The translations under genes were made by a program, and so were the position numbers. The notes beneath the pieces are model-generated. The model saw only the letters and a list, made by a program, of their open reading frames with translations, was not told where the DNA came from and searched no databases. A DNA stretch of 64,000 bases from Dicyema japonicum (lineage: Eukaryota; Animalia; Dicyemida): the NCBI GenBank assembly GCA_011109175.1, contig RDEW01000015.1, forward strand, positions 390,310-454,309, given 5' to 3'. Positions 1 to 12,517 of this stretch are shown here, piece by piece (position 1 is the first letter of the stretch; each line of letters begins with the position of its first letter).

Positions 1-469
1 AATCAAAAGAATATTTAATATTCCATGCAATTGCTTTTAGGGCTTCTACTGTTTTAGATTTGTAAGGGATTTTCTTGACTCGTTTTAGCAATAAGTTTTG
101 TTTCGTTGCTCAATTTCATCAGTTTTATTTGACTTTCGTCAAATTCGTGATTGTGAGAAATTCCTTCTTTGGAAAATTCAAAATTATGATCTGTTTCTTA
201 GGCTTCCTCTGCATCTTTGTGAAGATTTTTTCACACATTTAAAAATTATATAGTTTTTTGTCACCGAGTGCTTTGTATACATAAAACCCTTAAAACAAAT
301 TTTCTTTCCTCCTTTGTTAGTTGATATTATCTCCATTTTGTCTCTTATTTTTGGGCAAGCATAATATTTAAAATATGCTTAATTATAACCTTAAAATCAG
401 TATATTGATTAAGTCAAAAAGATTAAACCAAAGCGAAAAAAGTTAAGTCAATTTTATTATATTAAAAAT

Positions 470-620
470 CCTTGGACCCCAAGCAGATGAGTTGGTTTGT
501 AAGATCGGCTCCATGATTCAAGCTGTGACCAAATATCCGCGAAAGACTAGTTGGTTCCGAGAACGTATCTCGTTGGCTATTGTTAGGGGAAAAAGCATGG
601 CCATTCAGATGCCTTAATTT
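470..620 (+). mobile_element. CRE-clade non-LTR retrotransposon, 3' end fragment
   Basis: Translates ...WFRERISLAIVRGKS, the C-terminal motif of CRE-type RLE elements. Similar ends occur at 15780-15860, 32620-32695 and 47440-47510. Confidence 0.6.
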
Positions 621-705
621 AATTTTTATTCATTTGATAATAAAAAAAAATTTATTATTACCTTGAAATTCTTAAATTGATTTAGTCAAAGCGATTATAC
701 CAAAG

Positions 706-757
706 CGGAAAAAAAGTCAAGTCCGTAATTTCGTTAACGGACTTGACTTTTTTTCCG
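706..757. repeat. Perfect 21-bp inverted repeat (hairpin), probably a DNA-transposon subterminal structure
   Basis: CGGAAAAAAAGTCAAGTCCGT at 706-726 pairs with 737-757 around a 10-nt loop. The left arm region is duplicated at about 385-450. Confidence 0.8.
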
Positions 758-1599
758 AAAGGGAATAAACCTCGAGCAAAAAATAGTAGCATTTTCGGAG
801 CTTTACGCTCTGAATCCGTGTATTCTGAGAACGGGAGGATGCAACGAAAATATGCATGGTTTGTTTAGTTTTGTTCATTTCAGATAACGGATGTCTCTCC
901 AACTCATATTTCGATCAATCAGACGCTAAATTCGCCGGGAATTTTTTCGCCGAGATTTCGGTAACATTTTTGTTAAGAATGGAAAGAGACTCCCAGTTGT
1001 GAAATTGATCTTAAGTTCGAAGGCTGAAGCCTCTAATACACATGGGTAATTATAATTGTATAAAAATCATCTTAAAAATGAAATTAGCATCATCTCATTT
1101 ATTATTTTAGCATCTCTTGTGCATGAGGCACATGGGATCCATTCATTTCCTGGACAAATTCCTTTAAGATCCAAGAAAGATAGGTTTCTCGTTGCAGAAG
1201 GCTGGAATGTGAAGGTAGGAGTCCAAAATGAGACGAAGCCTTTATCGGTCTGTATAGATGAGGAATCAGAAACTTCCTCGGGTCGACATTGGCAAACTTG
1301 TGTCGAGTGTTTATTCCATTTATGCAACACCTACTTTCAACACCCCATGAATGTAGCAATGTCGTTTGCTTTGTGACAAGAGGAATTTGGAAGGTAAACT
1401 AAGACAATGTGGGATCCGCTGAGTTTTACTTTCTTAAAGAAATGATCCAATGCATGAATCCCTCTCTTCTCTATTCAGTGAAGGAATTCTCACAATGCCG
1501 GACATTAATACTTGGAAAATATACGTCCCATTCTTAAAGGGGGGGGGGTTATTAAAAATATTAGTGAATAACCTTTAATGGTTGTTAGTCTGACTATTA

Positions 1600-1718
1600 T
1601 GTGGTTCTCCTACATTATCGTAGATGCGTGGAACCTTTAAACGAAATGTACAACAACGGATTTCGAACTAGTGACCATTAGGTCTTTTGCCCGGCACTCG
1701 TTACACTGGGCCACCTGG
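1600..1718 (-). mobile_element. tRNA-derived SINE fragment, second head type
   Basis: Minus strand reads GGTGGCCCAGTGT (A box) ... GTTCGAAATC (B box), then AAGGTTCCACGCATCTACGAT, which is shared with the SINEs at 24492, 34791 and 59363. Confidence 0.65.
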
Positions 1719-1849
1719 TCATGAACCTGTAAGTGCTTCTTTATTTTGGAAACTTCTGATAGAAAATTTTGTAACAGATAACTTTGCAGACAGACGTCCC
1801 AGTTTTTTAATATGAGAAAGTGACTTGTTGCTTAAAATCAGTTGTCCCT

Positions 1850-3100
1850 ACTCACGGAGCGTAAAAAGACCCAGGGATCTTTTTTAATTCCGTCTTTTAG
1901 AGTTCTTAATTTTTTCGTTATCGGATAATGCGTTTACCATCATCCTAATAATGTTTGTCCCAGAAAGGGAGTTGATAACATTGCGTCACATACCAGTGGC
2001 TTCTCCTCCTCGAACGGAAAAATTCCGACAGGTTCCAGCGTTGAGGGTCTACAGTTTACGACATCATTTAGTGATTTGTGCCTCGGAATCTTCCAGCACT
2101 TCTTCGGCTTGATAGAGATGGTATTTAATCGATCAAAGTCTTAGGTTAGCATCGACTAGCCAGCTTCTGACTGTTTTTGTATGGAGTCTTTTAATTCGTG
2201 CGGTTTGACATAATTTTTTTGCAAAAGAAAATTATGTCTAAATTCCTGAAAGTAAAACATTAAACAGTAGTCTTCATAACCTCTGTTCCGTCCAATCTCG
2301 ACTCCCAAGCATACGAGGAGCTTATTTCAAGCTGTCAGGCAACTCCTTTACTCTTGTTTTAATGTCAAATATTTTAAGTTATGTAACTCGAATCTGGTCA
2401 GTTTCTGACCGAGTAGCTTATGTGCAAATCAGATGAGGGAATAAAGCGAATTCTGTGATCTCTACAATGAATGCATATGCCACAACAGGAGCCAGAGTTT
2501 CATATAATCCCGAACAACTAGAGAGTTTCTACTCAACTGTAACTGAAGCGTACAATTCTATTTCTCCATCTTATATTCATTGCTGGTGATTGGATTGCCA
2601 AAGCTGTTAAGGCAAGACCTGATGAGTGCTGCATAGGATCTCACGGCAGCAATCCCCGAAATTTACCTGGCGAATCACTTGTTTAACCTATTTAGCACAA
2701 TTACAGAATTTAAACATTTTGCAAGAGAGAAGACAACCTGGGTCGGATCAAAAAGAAATAAAAACTAAAATCAAGTTAAAATATTTAATGAAATAGATTA
2801 CATATTATGCAAAATTCAGAACAATCTAGTGACTGATTCAAAATAATACAGAGACCTGGAGACAGTTAGTGATCACAAACTCGTTGTTGCCAGTCTGGCT
2901 CTACTCAGAATGTATGGAACGATTATAAAACATAAAAGAACTGACTCAGATAGATATGACACAGATATTTTGCAAATCGCTAAAAATGCACTTGACCGGA
3001 TTGATCAGAACGATACGATAGAAAAGATTTGGAAGGAGACCTCTGCTGCAATCAAGTCATTTTCTAATCAACTTGTGAAACTATCTTGAGATGGAGAAGG
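1850..3100 (+). mobile_element. Decayed RTE-clade LINE, 5' region and APE endonuclease
   Basis: Frameshifted motifs VSDRVAY, NAYA, ESFY and SDHKLVVA resemble the RTE copies at 29.9-32.2 kb and 36.7-37.4 kb. Confidence 0.7.
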
Positions 3101-3313
3101 AACTGAGGAAAAAAAATCTTCGGCCAAAATACCACAATTTGAATTTAACAGATAACATAACACAAATGAAAGATGAGTGAATTTAAAAATCATTACTTCA
3201 AACTGTTTAAAAACACACGTTGAAAATTTTAAATAATTTAAATAAATTTATTTTTTAATAATAATTAATTTGAGAAATAATTAAAAATAAATAGCGATTG
3301 GAAATATTTGAAT

Positions 3314-3665
3314 ATGACTATATCATTATTTATTTCAACCGAGTCTGCCAATTTGAAGGCATAATTATAAACTAAACATCAGACAAAGTCCAACCAAAGA
3401 CAAGTGACCAGTATGATTGAAACACTTCGAGTTCCATTCCAGATTATTGACATTTCAGATGTTACCAAAAAGACATGAGGGACAAAATACGCGAGATTAT
3501 CTCACAAAGGGGGAAAAATCTTTTGCTTCCAGAAATATTTGTGGACTCTGATTACATAGGGGTTGTCCAGAATCTTAATCTTAGAACTATGATGATTTTA
3601 TGGAAGCTGTAGAAAACTACAATCTCAAGGAATTTCTTAGGATTTCTCCTAAAAATGATATATAA
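3314..3665 (+). CDS. SH3BGRL: SH3BGR-like thioredoxin-fold protein (2 tiny introns; not in the ORF track)
   Basis: Spliced translation is MTISLFISTESANLK|TKSNQRQVTSMIETLRVPFQIIDISDVTKKDMRDKIRE...LLPEIFVDSDYIG|NYDDFMEAVENYNLKEFLRI. Intron 1 is GC-AG (3359-3382) and intron 2 is a 23-nt GT-AG. One extra A is needed in the A-run near 3466-3470. Confidence 0.85.
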
Positions 3666-5899
3666 TAATGATTTTATTGATTATGATTGATTTAACAATA
3701 AAACAAATTAACAAATATTACTCGTCTCAATTATTGCCTGGTTACCCACAGTATTGCCTCTTGTTCTTCCACACAGAGACAATTCTCATCCAATCTCATC
3801 CAATTGGGCCAAATGGGATGCAAATCCAGACATTGGGCATCTTTAGCTTTTCCCGAATTATTTAAGGTTTTGGAAATAATAGCATCCAAACTTGTTGTCA
3901 TAGTGACCGTTGTTGATTTTCAAAATTACCCGATCTTGAAAGTCTCTGAAATAGAATTAAGAGTAAATCGTATATCGGCTAACCAATCCCTCATATGATC
4001 CACATGGCGCCTGAATGATAATTTGCTTCCCCTGTATTCAGAAATTTTTATCAAAGTTCACTAAAGTATGAAATTTAACGCATTTCTCTTTGTTGGAGGT
4101 TGGGTAAGTAATGTTAATGTGGTTCCCTTACGTCAGTGTCTTAATGTAACTCTACTTTCTTAGATCTCTTATGGATTAATGAGAACCATCGGATCCAAAG
4201 GTTTTGGCTATGAGGCTTATCCAGATCAAACCTCAACACACGAGAGAAAGTTAAACGTGAAAAATTTGACAATATTTCTGAATAGTAATTAGAGTATACC
4301 ATTAAATGTAGAAACTTGTTTCTAATAATAATTCTCACTCAATATATCGAGTTATACAGATACTACCCTCAGTTGTGTTAACATTCTCTTATCTGACGAC
4401 ATAAGTTCACGTTCATTTGTGTTAACATGGGTTCTTTACATCCTCTTATCTGAAGCATATGGACCCTTAAGGCAGAAGTCGCCACGTAAAGAATGTTACT
4501 GGTTCTTAAAATTAATTTTATGACTGTTTTGTGATTAAAATGATTTTTGGTGTTTTAGGATCTTCAAGTATTCTCATAGACTATTATCTTTTTGCATTGC
4601 AGGTTGAAAAGGCGACTCGAACGGCGTACATCAAGAGGCATTCTCTTAAGGGTTTTCACGAGCACATTTGCTTGTATATATCTTTGGAAATTTACATTCA
4701 CTTCCAACTGTCTCAAGTATCCCCCGGTAAAATCATAGTCCTCCGGTCTGTTTAATAATCAGAAAGGAATGACGGTATCGTCTGTCTTGAGACAGAACGA
4801 AAAAATATCAAAATTTTCTTTTAATTGGTAATAATTAGGGCAATTTCTTGACAAAAAAATTTATAAATTTTTGACAAATATTTGACTTCTCAAGTGGACA
4901 CTTGACTCTGACTTTCTGACGGCAATAGAGTGTTACAATTATTATGCACTATCGAATCATATTAAGGCAGTTTCTACAGATGATCTTCCAAGTTCTTTTC
5001 AATATTGAACTGGGCGAGTTTCGAACTCAGATCTTAAGAGAATTCGACACTTTTTTTGTTCAGAACTTTGGGCTTCTGAGGTCCTCTAAATTCATCACCT
5101 CGTCAATTGTCACGAGAAGGAAGGAGATGAGAAGATTTGTTCATCAAGAAGCTAAGTAGACATTTAGTGGGATAGAGGTACCTCACTATCTCAACCTTAC
5201 GATCAATTAACCATTAACTGGTCAAAATATCGTCTCTTACGATAGTAACTGGGATCATCTGAGGGAACCACTTGGTTTCATTGAAGTCATGGCTTCGGAT
5301 TTCTGATGTAACAGACTTTTATGGAAATACAGACTTCTCGCTTATGGCTTCAGTTGTCTCGACAGTCATAGCATGAAACTTAAATCGGTCAAGGAGCTTT
5401 TAGTATTTTTTTTCTTTTTAGCCTTCTCCGCCTTGCCATTTCCGCCCTCACGAGGGTGTTAGTAAGAGATAGGGAGTCGATACAAATAGCATCCATACTA
5501 ATGACTTGCCTCGAACGGAAAAATTGTGAATCCATCAGGCAGTTTACCGCTTCCCCGTCCAGTTGGTTATAGCACGGAGGAGTATTTTGTAGACTCAAGT
5601 TGAGACATTTAAGTATTAAGGGCAGAAATCAAAACTCTGCTAATTTAAATAAATCAATGGACCGTCTGTCATCAGAATCTAAAAATATGAAAATACCACG
5701 AGAACTCAAAAAATAAATCATATTATCAATGTAGTTGATTATACCGACGAATAAATCGGAAACTCATGAAAATAGTGAATTCAAGTTATTAACTTTTATT
5801 GATAACCAAGCAAAATCAATTATGTTTAGGTTAGTTATAGCTCCAACATTAAGAGGCAGAAGACTTTCTAAGGTCACTGGGAAATCATATTTTGGTGGT

Positions 5900-6300
5900 T
5901 GCATGAAAAGTAAACAGACTAAATAGGGCGGACAGATTGGAGAGACTATTTCTAAAATTTGGACTATTTTTAGATCAGAAATAGACATTTATCAGAAATT
6001 GACTCCTTTGCAGAAATTCGAGTAGGCACTTTCAGAAAGTCGTTGGATTTCTAGTGGATGATTCGAGGAGTGTCCCTGAGTGACCACGGATGAGATAATT
6101 ATGAATTTTTTTTCACGGGTAAAAAATAATTCGAGGCACCTGGCAATCATTTATCTATAATTTGTACAATCGTGGGGAGAATATGAGATAACGTGTCTAT
6201 TCTCACTGATAAATTTTCGTGATAGTTTTACTATCGCCATTTGCCCTCTTAGAGCCACCTGAAGCGAGATTCCCTAGCCAAATCCTCCCAGACTTAGTGA
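5900..6300 (+). mobile_element. Possible BEL/Pao gag relic
   Basis: IWTIFRSEID...LTPLQKFE resembles the BEL gag pattern FW..F...ID....L....KF.Y. A degenerate HLKRD knuckle lies downstream. Confidence 0.3.
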
Positions 6301-6677
6301 AAATGCTTAAAAGTTGATCAAAATCGGATCGACTACCCATTAACGGAGGATGGGTCAGATGGACTAATGAAAATATCAAGGTAGTAGAGAATACTTTGCA
6401 ATTAATCCAAGCGTGACGTTTTGAATGGTATAATTATTATTAATATATCAATCAGATTGTCTATCGCTGCAGTATTTCCTGTCATTGCCACAAATAGTCA
6501 CAATTAATGGTTATTTTCTGTCAAAGTGAATATTTTATGGTTGATTTATTGTGATTACTCGTGTTAGGAGTATTGACATCTTCTAAGGCTAATTAATTGC
6601 TCCACTAATTCAATTAATTATCGATTGACTAAGCCAGCGACGTATATATACTAATTCAACTGTAATTTTCAACGTGC

Positions 6678-8000
6678 ATGGCGGATGATTTATGGGAACA
6701 CGTGGACTGCAAAAAAGTCTTTATTTTGCATAAATAACTCAGATAATCAACTTCAAGGCAAGTCAAGAGATCTGTGAAGCGGACAGTGCGATTGGAAGTG
6801 AGCACCATGTGTCCTTTGACGAGTCTACTATTAAGGGTACATCGAATAACTCGGAGAGGAAACTAAGGCTAACAATCCACGCTGGAATTCATCTGTTTAA
6901 TCGGTAGTGATTATTAAATATGAAGAAATCCGCAAAAGGGGGTTGACTATTTTATTCAAAATCAAATCGTCCAAGGAAACTCACTAAAAATCGCAGAATT
7001 TATCCTAAAATACGGAAATTTACTGAGTTCCGCTAAAGTGGGGGAATACTTTGAAGATTACAACATTCAAACGACCGAAGTTTTAAAGTTTCTATATTTT
7101 CCACATTTCAGCTGTCTGATTAAGAAAATGAAATTTACAGACACCAAAATTGAGGAAGGCGTAGGAATCTTACTGAAGTACATTCAAGTCAAGGTATTCT
7201 AGTGAAATAACTCCTTAGGACTGTAACTCAGAACTGGCTAATCGGGTCATTCCGGTCCCCCATTAATATTTAGGTTTAGATATTCTGCGATTATTATTTG
7301 CGGTCCAACATGGTTTACCACAGTAACATTATAAATCAGGTAAAAACCATAATCAGGGATTATTACGACACACAAGCTTCACAGTATACCAAGAACCCTA
7401 AAACTAGTACACGTGATGATCGTAAAGCCGATAATGTTGATGGACTGTCATATGAGGTCATTTCGGGGACCAAATTTCCCCTAGTTCCACCCGAAAAGGA
7501 CCACGAGGTCAACTCTCTCAAGATTCTGAACAAAATAGCCCCTGTATATCGAGTTTATAACCAAGAATTTGATTGAACCTCATAGAAAGTTTGTGTCCTA
7601 CTGCAGATTGAAGACGATCGAAAAACCGTCTCAAAAAGTCCCGAAATCGAGGGGGATATTTTTGTTCAACGACACGTTGATAGTTTTAACGTTCAAATAA
7701 TTTTTGGTGGTTAAAATTGCGGACTCGGCCATTCGTGGAACTTCAATGAAGAACAAAGTCAACATCCATCTGTTTGGCCTACACGTGGTACCACTTGGCA
7801 ATAAACTCTCAAATCCTGGGGCTCAGCTAATTCGGGATTTCGACAAATCCGTGGTCCTCAAATTCTTCACAGAGTTCACTCAGGATCTGTCCAGTTTCAT
7901 CAATGACATCAAATATTGCATTTCTGAAGTAATTTTTTGTGTGAATTTTAAGACAAATTTGGTTGAAAGCATTTGTATTCAAAATAATTTTATAAGTTGA
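6678..8000 (+). CDS. IQSEC: IQSEC/BRAG-like Sec7 + PH domain protein, divergent and multi-intron
   Basis: Spliced GIHLFNR|NPQKGVDYFIQ...AEFIL...KVGEYF...VLN|CLIKKMKF matches Sec7. PHRKFVSYCRL, GIFLFNDTL and FINDIKYCISE match the IQSEC PH region. The middle exon frames are ambiguous. Confidence 0.8.
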
Positions 8001-8097
8001 TTTTTAATAAAAAATATTTAAAATAAAATCATCATAATTTATCAAAATAGTATTGATTGTATATTATTGGATTGTTTGCCGAATATAATTTTACTTA

Positions 8098-9220
8098 ATG
8101 AATTGTGGTAATGATAATGAGTATTCCTTGGTAATAAAAGTACTGGAAGTTGTTCTACTAAAGGGGGACCAGATTCAGTTGGAGGATTTGCACGGTTTTC
8201 TTAATTCGGAATTTAAGACATTTTGGCTAAGAGAGTCGGTAAAAGCTCTAAAATTTGTTCAAAGGCGAAATTGGGTGAAATTTTGTCTGACTACTGCGAC
8301 ATATTTGACCTTGACTGTGGTCAAATCAGACTAAGGGACCGTCAAATTCAGTTTACCGATCATTACGAGTCCTCCATCCACAATTCTGAGGCAAACAGAT
8401 TCATCTTTGATCAAATCCAACTCAGCATTTATATTTTTGTGCATTCAAAGCTTGTAGGTCGCACGTGGACCTCCTTCGAATCAATCCTTCCTGATTTATT
8501 GAAAGAGGTGTTCAATATATCAACGGTAGTTATCCCCTGAATGCCTCAAATACATCAATTCTGCTTCTTCTCTCAAAGCATTTATGAGCCAATTCTATTT
8601 TGCCTTCGAAATTAAAGGAAACTCTGTGAAGCTCAAAAATTTGTCATGGAAGTTCCTTCGGGATTTACCCGGTAGATAAGTAAAACCATCTTAGAAGACG
8701 ACAAACCGATAAGCGTCCAAATGACGGAGAATAGAATCGTACTTCTCCTCAAAGAACTACTGGGGAGGCCAAAAAGATTCTCAGAACTGTGGAAGTCCTA
8801 CGTTGAATTGAGTGAGGCGAGGAAGACGAGGGCAATAAGCAAGGAACAACTACAAATCCTCATTTGTGACCATCCAAGGATCTTTCGAAGTGACTTTATT
8901 GAGGAGGACGGAATATTTTCACTAATATCAGATCACCCCCGATTATTGTGAAAAATGACGTCGACTCTGATAAGTATGAGATAGATACTGAAATAGAGAA
9001 AACTGGACCAATCTATAGGCTCGAGAAGTTTTGGGCCATTATTGACCTCGGGGACCATGAACACGTGTTTATTGATAGAAAAATTGTTGATGGAAATCCT
9101 GAAGATCTCAGATCAGTTTTGATTTACGGATCGTCGTACAAATTCAAAGCCTATCGAGCGTCCAAAGGGTCTCGTGCCACGTGGAGAGCCTCAAGGCTTT
9201 TTCTTGACAGCAAATTTTAA
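8098..9220 (+). CDS. LIN-66-like protein (winged-helix repeats plus C-terminal cold-shock/OB fold)
   Basis: The C-terminus GPIYRLEKFWAIIDLGDHEHVFIDRK...SRATWRASR matches my recollection of the LIN-66 family. Introns of 26, 22 and 23 nt join the ORF pieces, with one likely C-run frameshift near 8936-8940. Confidence 0.7.
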
Positions 9221-9350
9221 CGAAATCTATTAACGAATCTATTGACTCAATAATTCATATTTTTGAATAATAATTTTAGACACGGCAGCGTAGTCGCGAT
9301 TGACTGACAGCTAGATTCCCACAGCGTTACTTACTCGGTTGAAGGAGTCC

Positions 9351-9555
9351 GGCGTCATGGGATCCACCCGTTCAAAGAAACGCCTATTGCCTTGACAGGA
9401 TACAAAAGGGATCTCGCACTTCCCTACTTTACTGTAGAGGTTTCCACAATGGCGGATATGAATAGACGTGATGTTTGAAAAGGATCCGCCTCACTATGGA
9501 TTAGTTAGTTAAGGACTCTCGTTAACCCGGTGATCCAGGGCCAACAATAAATAGT
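9351..9555 (+). mobile_element. Pseudoknot-headed SINE (family A), diverged copy
   Basis: Head reads GGCGTC ATG GGATCC...ACGCC...CAAAA GGGATCTC. The 3' tail TTAGTTAG...GTGATCCAGGG...AATAAA resembles the Vingi-like tail at 50620-50690. Confidence 0.65.
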
Positions 9556-9629
9556 AAAATCACATTTTACTTAAAAGCAGCCGCTTAAAGTAATAAAACC
9601 TCAAGAAATTCAACATAAAAAGAATAAAG

Positions 9630-11060
9630 CACCATTGAAGTATTTAGAAAAAAAATTATTTGCTCTTTGAGATCCGCAATGGGGATGAAAATTTCCTACT
9701 GCTAAATATAACGCCTGAGTTGCACGTGGGATTATAATTTATTAATTTTTTCTCTGCTATGGCTCAACCGCATAGATTGAGGGATTAACAGTTACATACT
9801 GTTAGACCCCTCATGGTCAAAAAAGCCATGGGTCGTTCTGAGTTCACTCTCCTGTGTCCCTGCAAACTAGGCGATTGTTCAACGTTAAGTAGATTATATG
9901 TCTGATTAGGTAATTTGAATTGTCCATTAATTTCAGTTTAAATTCTGAATAAAGCGACAGATATGTTATCTAAAATGGTATCACTAAATGATTTTAAGAA
10001 ACTCTGAAGAACGAAAAGCTCAGAAATAAATCCCTCATCATCCAAAATCTGGTCGCACTCCAAACGAAACATTCGAAATATTTTGTCATCAAAGAATATG
10101 GTCACTACGCCCGTCTGCTTCAAAAATATAGAATAAATAACTTGATTACTAAAAAAATTAAAAAAACAGAATTTTTAATTTCCTTATTATAAGAGTACAC
10201 CCGGTGACTGTGGATAGCCTCTTAAATAAAATACTTTAAAGGGTTAAATGAACCAGAAGATAAGTTTACGTGCTTGAAGTAATTAGCAAAAAATAATTGC
10301 TCTTTGAGGTCAACTCAAAACTGGAGACGATCTTGAGGATATTCGTAAACGCGCGAGGAACAGAGCTAGATGGAAAGGGCTGACTGGGAGGATAGTCGAG
10401 TGTACGGCACGAGCGAAACCCTAGGCATTTTACGTGTCTATAGCAACGCGGGAGTGCTATTAATTAAAATAATTAATGAGGTCAGCAGTGGGTTATGATA
10501 ATTTCCTACTGCTAAATTTAACGTCTGAGTTACACGTGGGATTGTAATTTAGTAATTTTTTTCTGTGCTCTGATAATTGTAGCTCAACCGCGTAGATTGA
10601 GAATAGTTAGACCCCTCATGATCAAAACACCAATAGAGGAGTCCTGGGTTGTTCTGAGTTCACTTTCATGTATCCGCGAAAACTAGCAGATTGTTTGACG
10701 ATTAAAGGTTAAGCAGATTATTATGTCTGATTAGGTAATGTGAATGGTTCATTAATTTCAGTTTAAATTCTGAATTAATCGATCGACATGTTATCTAAAA
10801 TGGTATCCTTAAGTTATTTTTAGATACCCTGAAGGATGAAAAGCTCAGAAATAAATCTCTCATCGTGCAAAACCTAATCGCACTCCAAATGAAACAGTCA
10901 AAATATCTTGTCATCAGGGAATACGGTCACTATGCTCGTCTAAATCAAAAAAATAGAATAAATAACTTGATCGCTAAAAAATTAAAAAAACGGAATTTTT
11001 AATTTCTTTATTGTAAGAGTATACAAGAGACTAGGCTCTGTAATAAAATACTATGGGGGA
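9630..11060. repeat. Tandem duplication of a unit of about 600 bp with minus-strand coding potential
   Basis: 9630-10230 aligns with 10272-11060 once the RTE insertion is removed. It includes ORF 9938-10123. Confidence 0.8.
10313..10476 (+). mobile_element. 5'-truncated RTE 3' end
   Basis: Translates LKTGDDLEDIRKRARNRARWK. The TSD TGAGGTCA lies at 10305-10312 and 10477-10484. Confidence 0.85.
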
Positions 11061-12199
11061 TTAAAGGAAGCAGGAGAGATGTTTAGGTGATTATATAAAC
11101 GGGATCACGGATTAATCAGATAGCCATCTTTCTCAGTGTGTTCTGGATTCAATAAATAAAAATGAGCAAAATAATAGTCAAAAAAAAATAATCCAATAAC
11201 TTGGGATTTCAAAAAGTTGTCCCCAAGAAAATCAGTAACAGAGAGATAATTTAAAATGTAACCAATGAGGTAGTTAAAACCACATTATACGCTCGAACAG
11301 CTCATAGAAGCTCACTAAAGTGGATATAAAATAACTTGAGTTTGTGGCTATTATTATAAGCATTATTCGAGAATTGATCATTTTCAAGTATGGCTTAATG
11401 TAATATTTAATATTATTTTCTGATTATTAGTAATCGTGGTGTTGTCTATGTCTGACTCACCTCTGTTCAAATCATCAAATCTCATGGGAATTCACGCGGA
11501 AGCAAATAATTTTGAAGCATAAAAGTCGTCTTTGGGATTGAATGACGTCACAGGTAATCCTATTATTGGGAATCCTGCAACTCCGATTAATCTGCCAATT
11601 ACCTATGATATTGTTCGTTTCTTTGAAGATAAATTGGGGTCTTGAATAGTTTGTGCTTCACAGCAGACTTGAGAGGATCTCTAGAGCTGGATGGAACCTT
11701 TTTTCGGGGATTTAATGATAAATATTCTAAGAGTTTAGATCTTTATGAACTGAGGAAAACTCAAACTAAAGACGGTGAATAATACTTGGAAGGCATATGT
11801 TTGGTCGTTGGTAATCAAAAGTACTTTGAAGATATCATTGTCCTTTATAAAATGAGGCTTGGCGACGGGGTACTAAGAGATAAAAGATATTTACTCTGAG
11901 TATGACTGTGTAGTTATCGAGGCAGAGTGCACGAGTGTTGTTCCTCGTTGGATCGTTATATGAAGATGGAAAGTACTTGATAAAAGGGATCAGTTACACG
12001 GTTGATTAAAAGGAAATAAATTCATAAGAAATGTGTTAATTTGATTATCGATTTTCACAATTGAGCAATCAGCTATAATATTTATTTTAATTTTTTACTT
12101 TCAGATATCAATCAAGTACATTAGGAGAGACAGTTAAGATAATCCGTAATCGAGTGTTAACCCTTTTTTAATGGCAATTTCTAGACAGTTGGGTTGTTA

Positions 12200-12382
12200 A
12201 ATTAAATTTATTCCAAAGACCAAGGGTAACCAAACTAACTAACTCCTTGATCCTGACTCGTTCCAGCATTCCAGAACTTGTCTCCAAGCAACGACATTGT
12301 CCCCGAGGAAAGAATAGTGGATCCTTTTGATGCCCGGCCAAGGATTGGGCGTCTCCTCAGTAAGGTGAATCCAATGACGACA
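12200..12382 (-). mobile_element. Pseudoknot-headed SINE (family A head, second body type)
   Basis: Minus strand reads GTCGTC AT TGGATTC ACC TTACTGA GGA GACGCC ... CAAAA GGATCCA. Its 3' half is shared with 54470-54610. Confidence 0.7.
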
Positions 12383-12517
12383 TCGGAAGGAAGGAAAATA
12401 ATTTATGATAAACTAGCCACATGGGACCACATGGGGCCACGGGGCATATTAGACAGTTGGGTTATAATTATTTTAAAATATCAAGGTCACAAGATAAGTT
12501 CATCTCTAATCTAACGT

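Noticed and set aside
3700-5380. Probable small host genes (also 17780-18150 and 60200-61400)
   Set aside because: Composition is coding-like, but I could not derive a consistent exon model or a recognisable homolog.
8530-8545. CCC-TGA as an antizyme-like +1 frameshift site
   Set aside because: A 22-nt GT-AG intron just upstream (GTGTTCAATATATCAACGGTAG) restores the frame.
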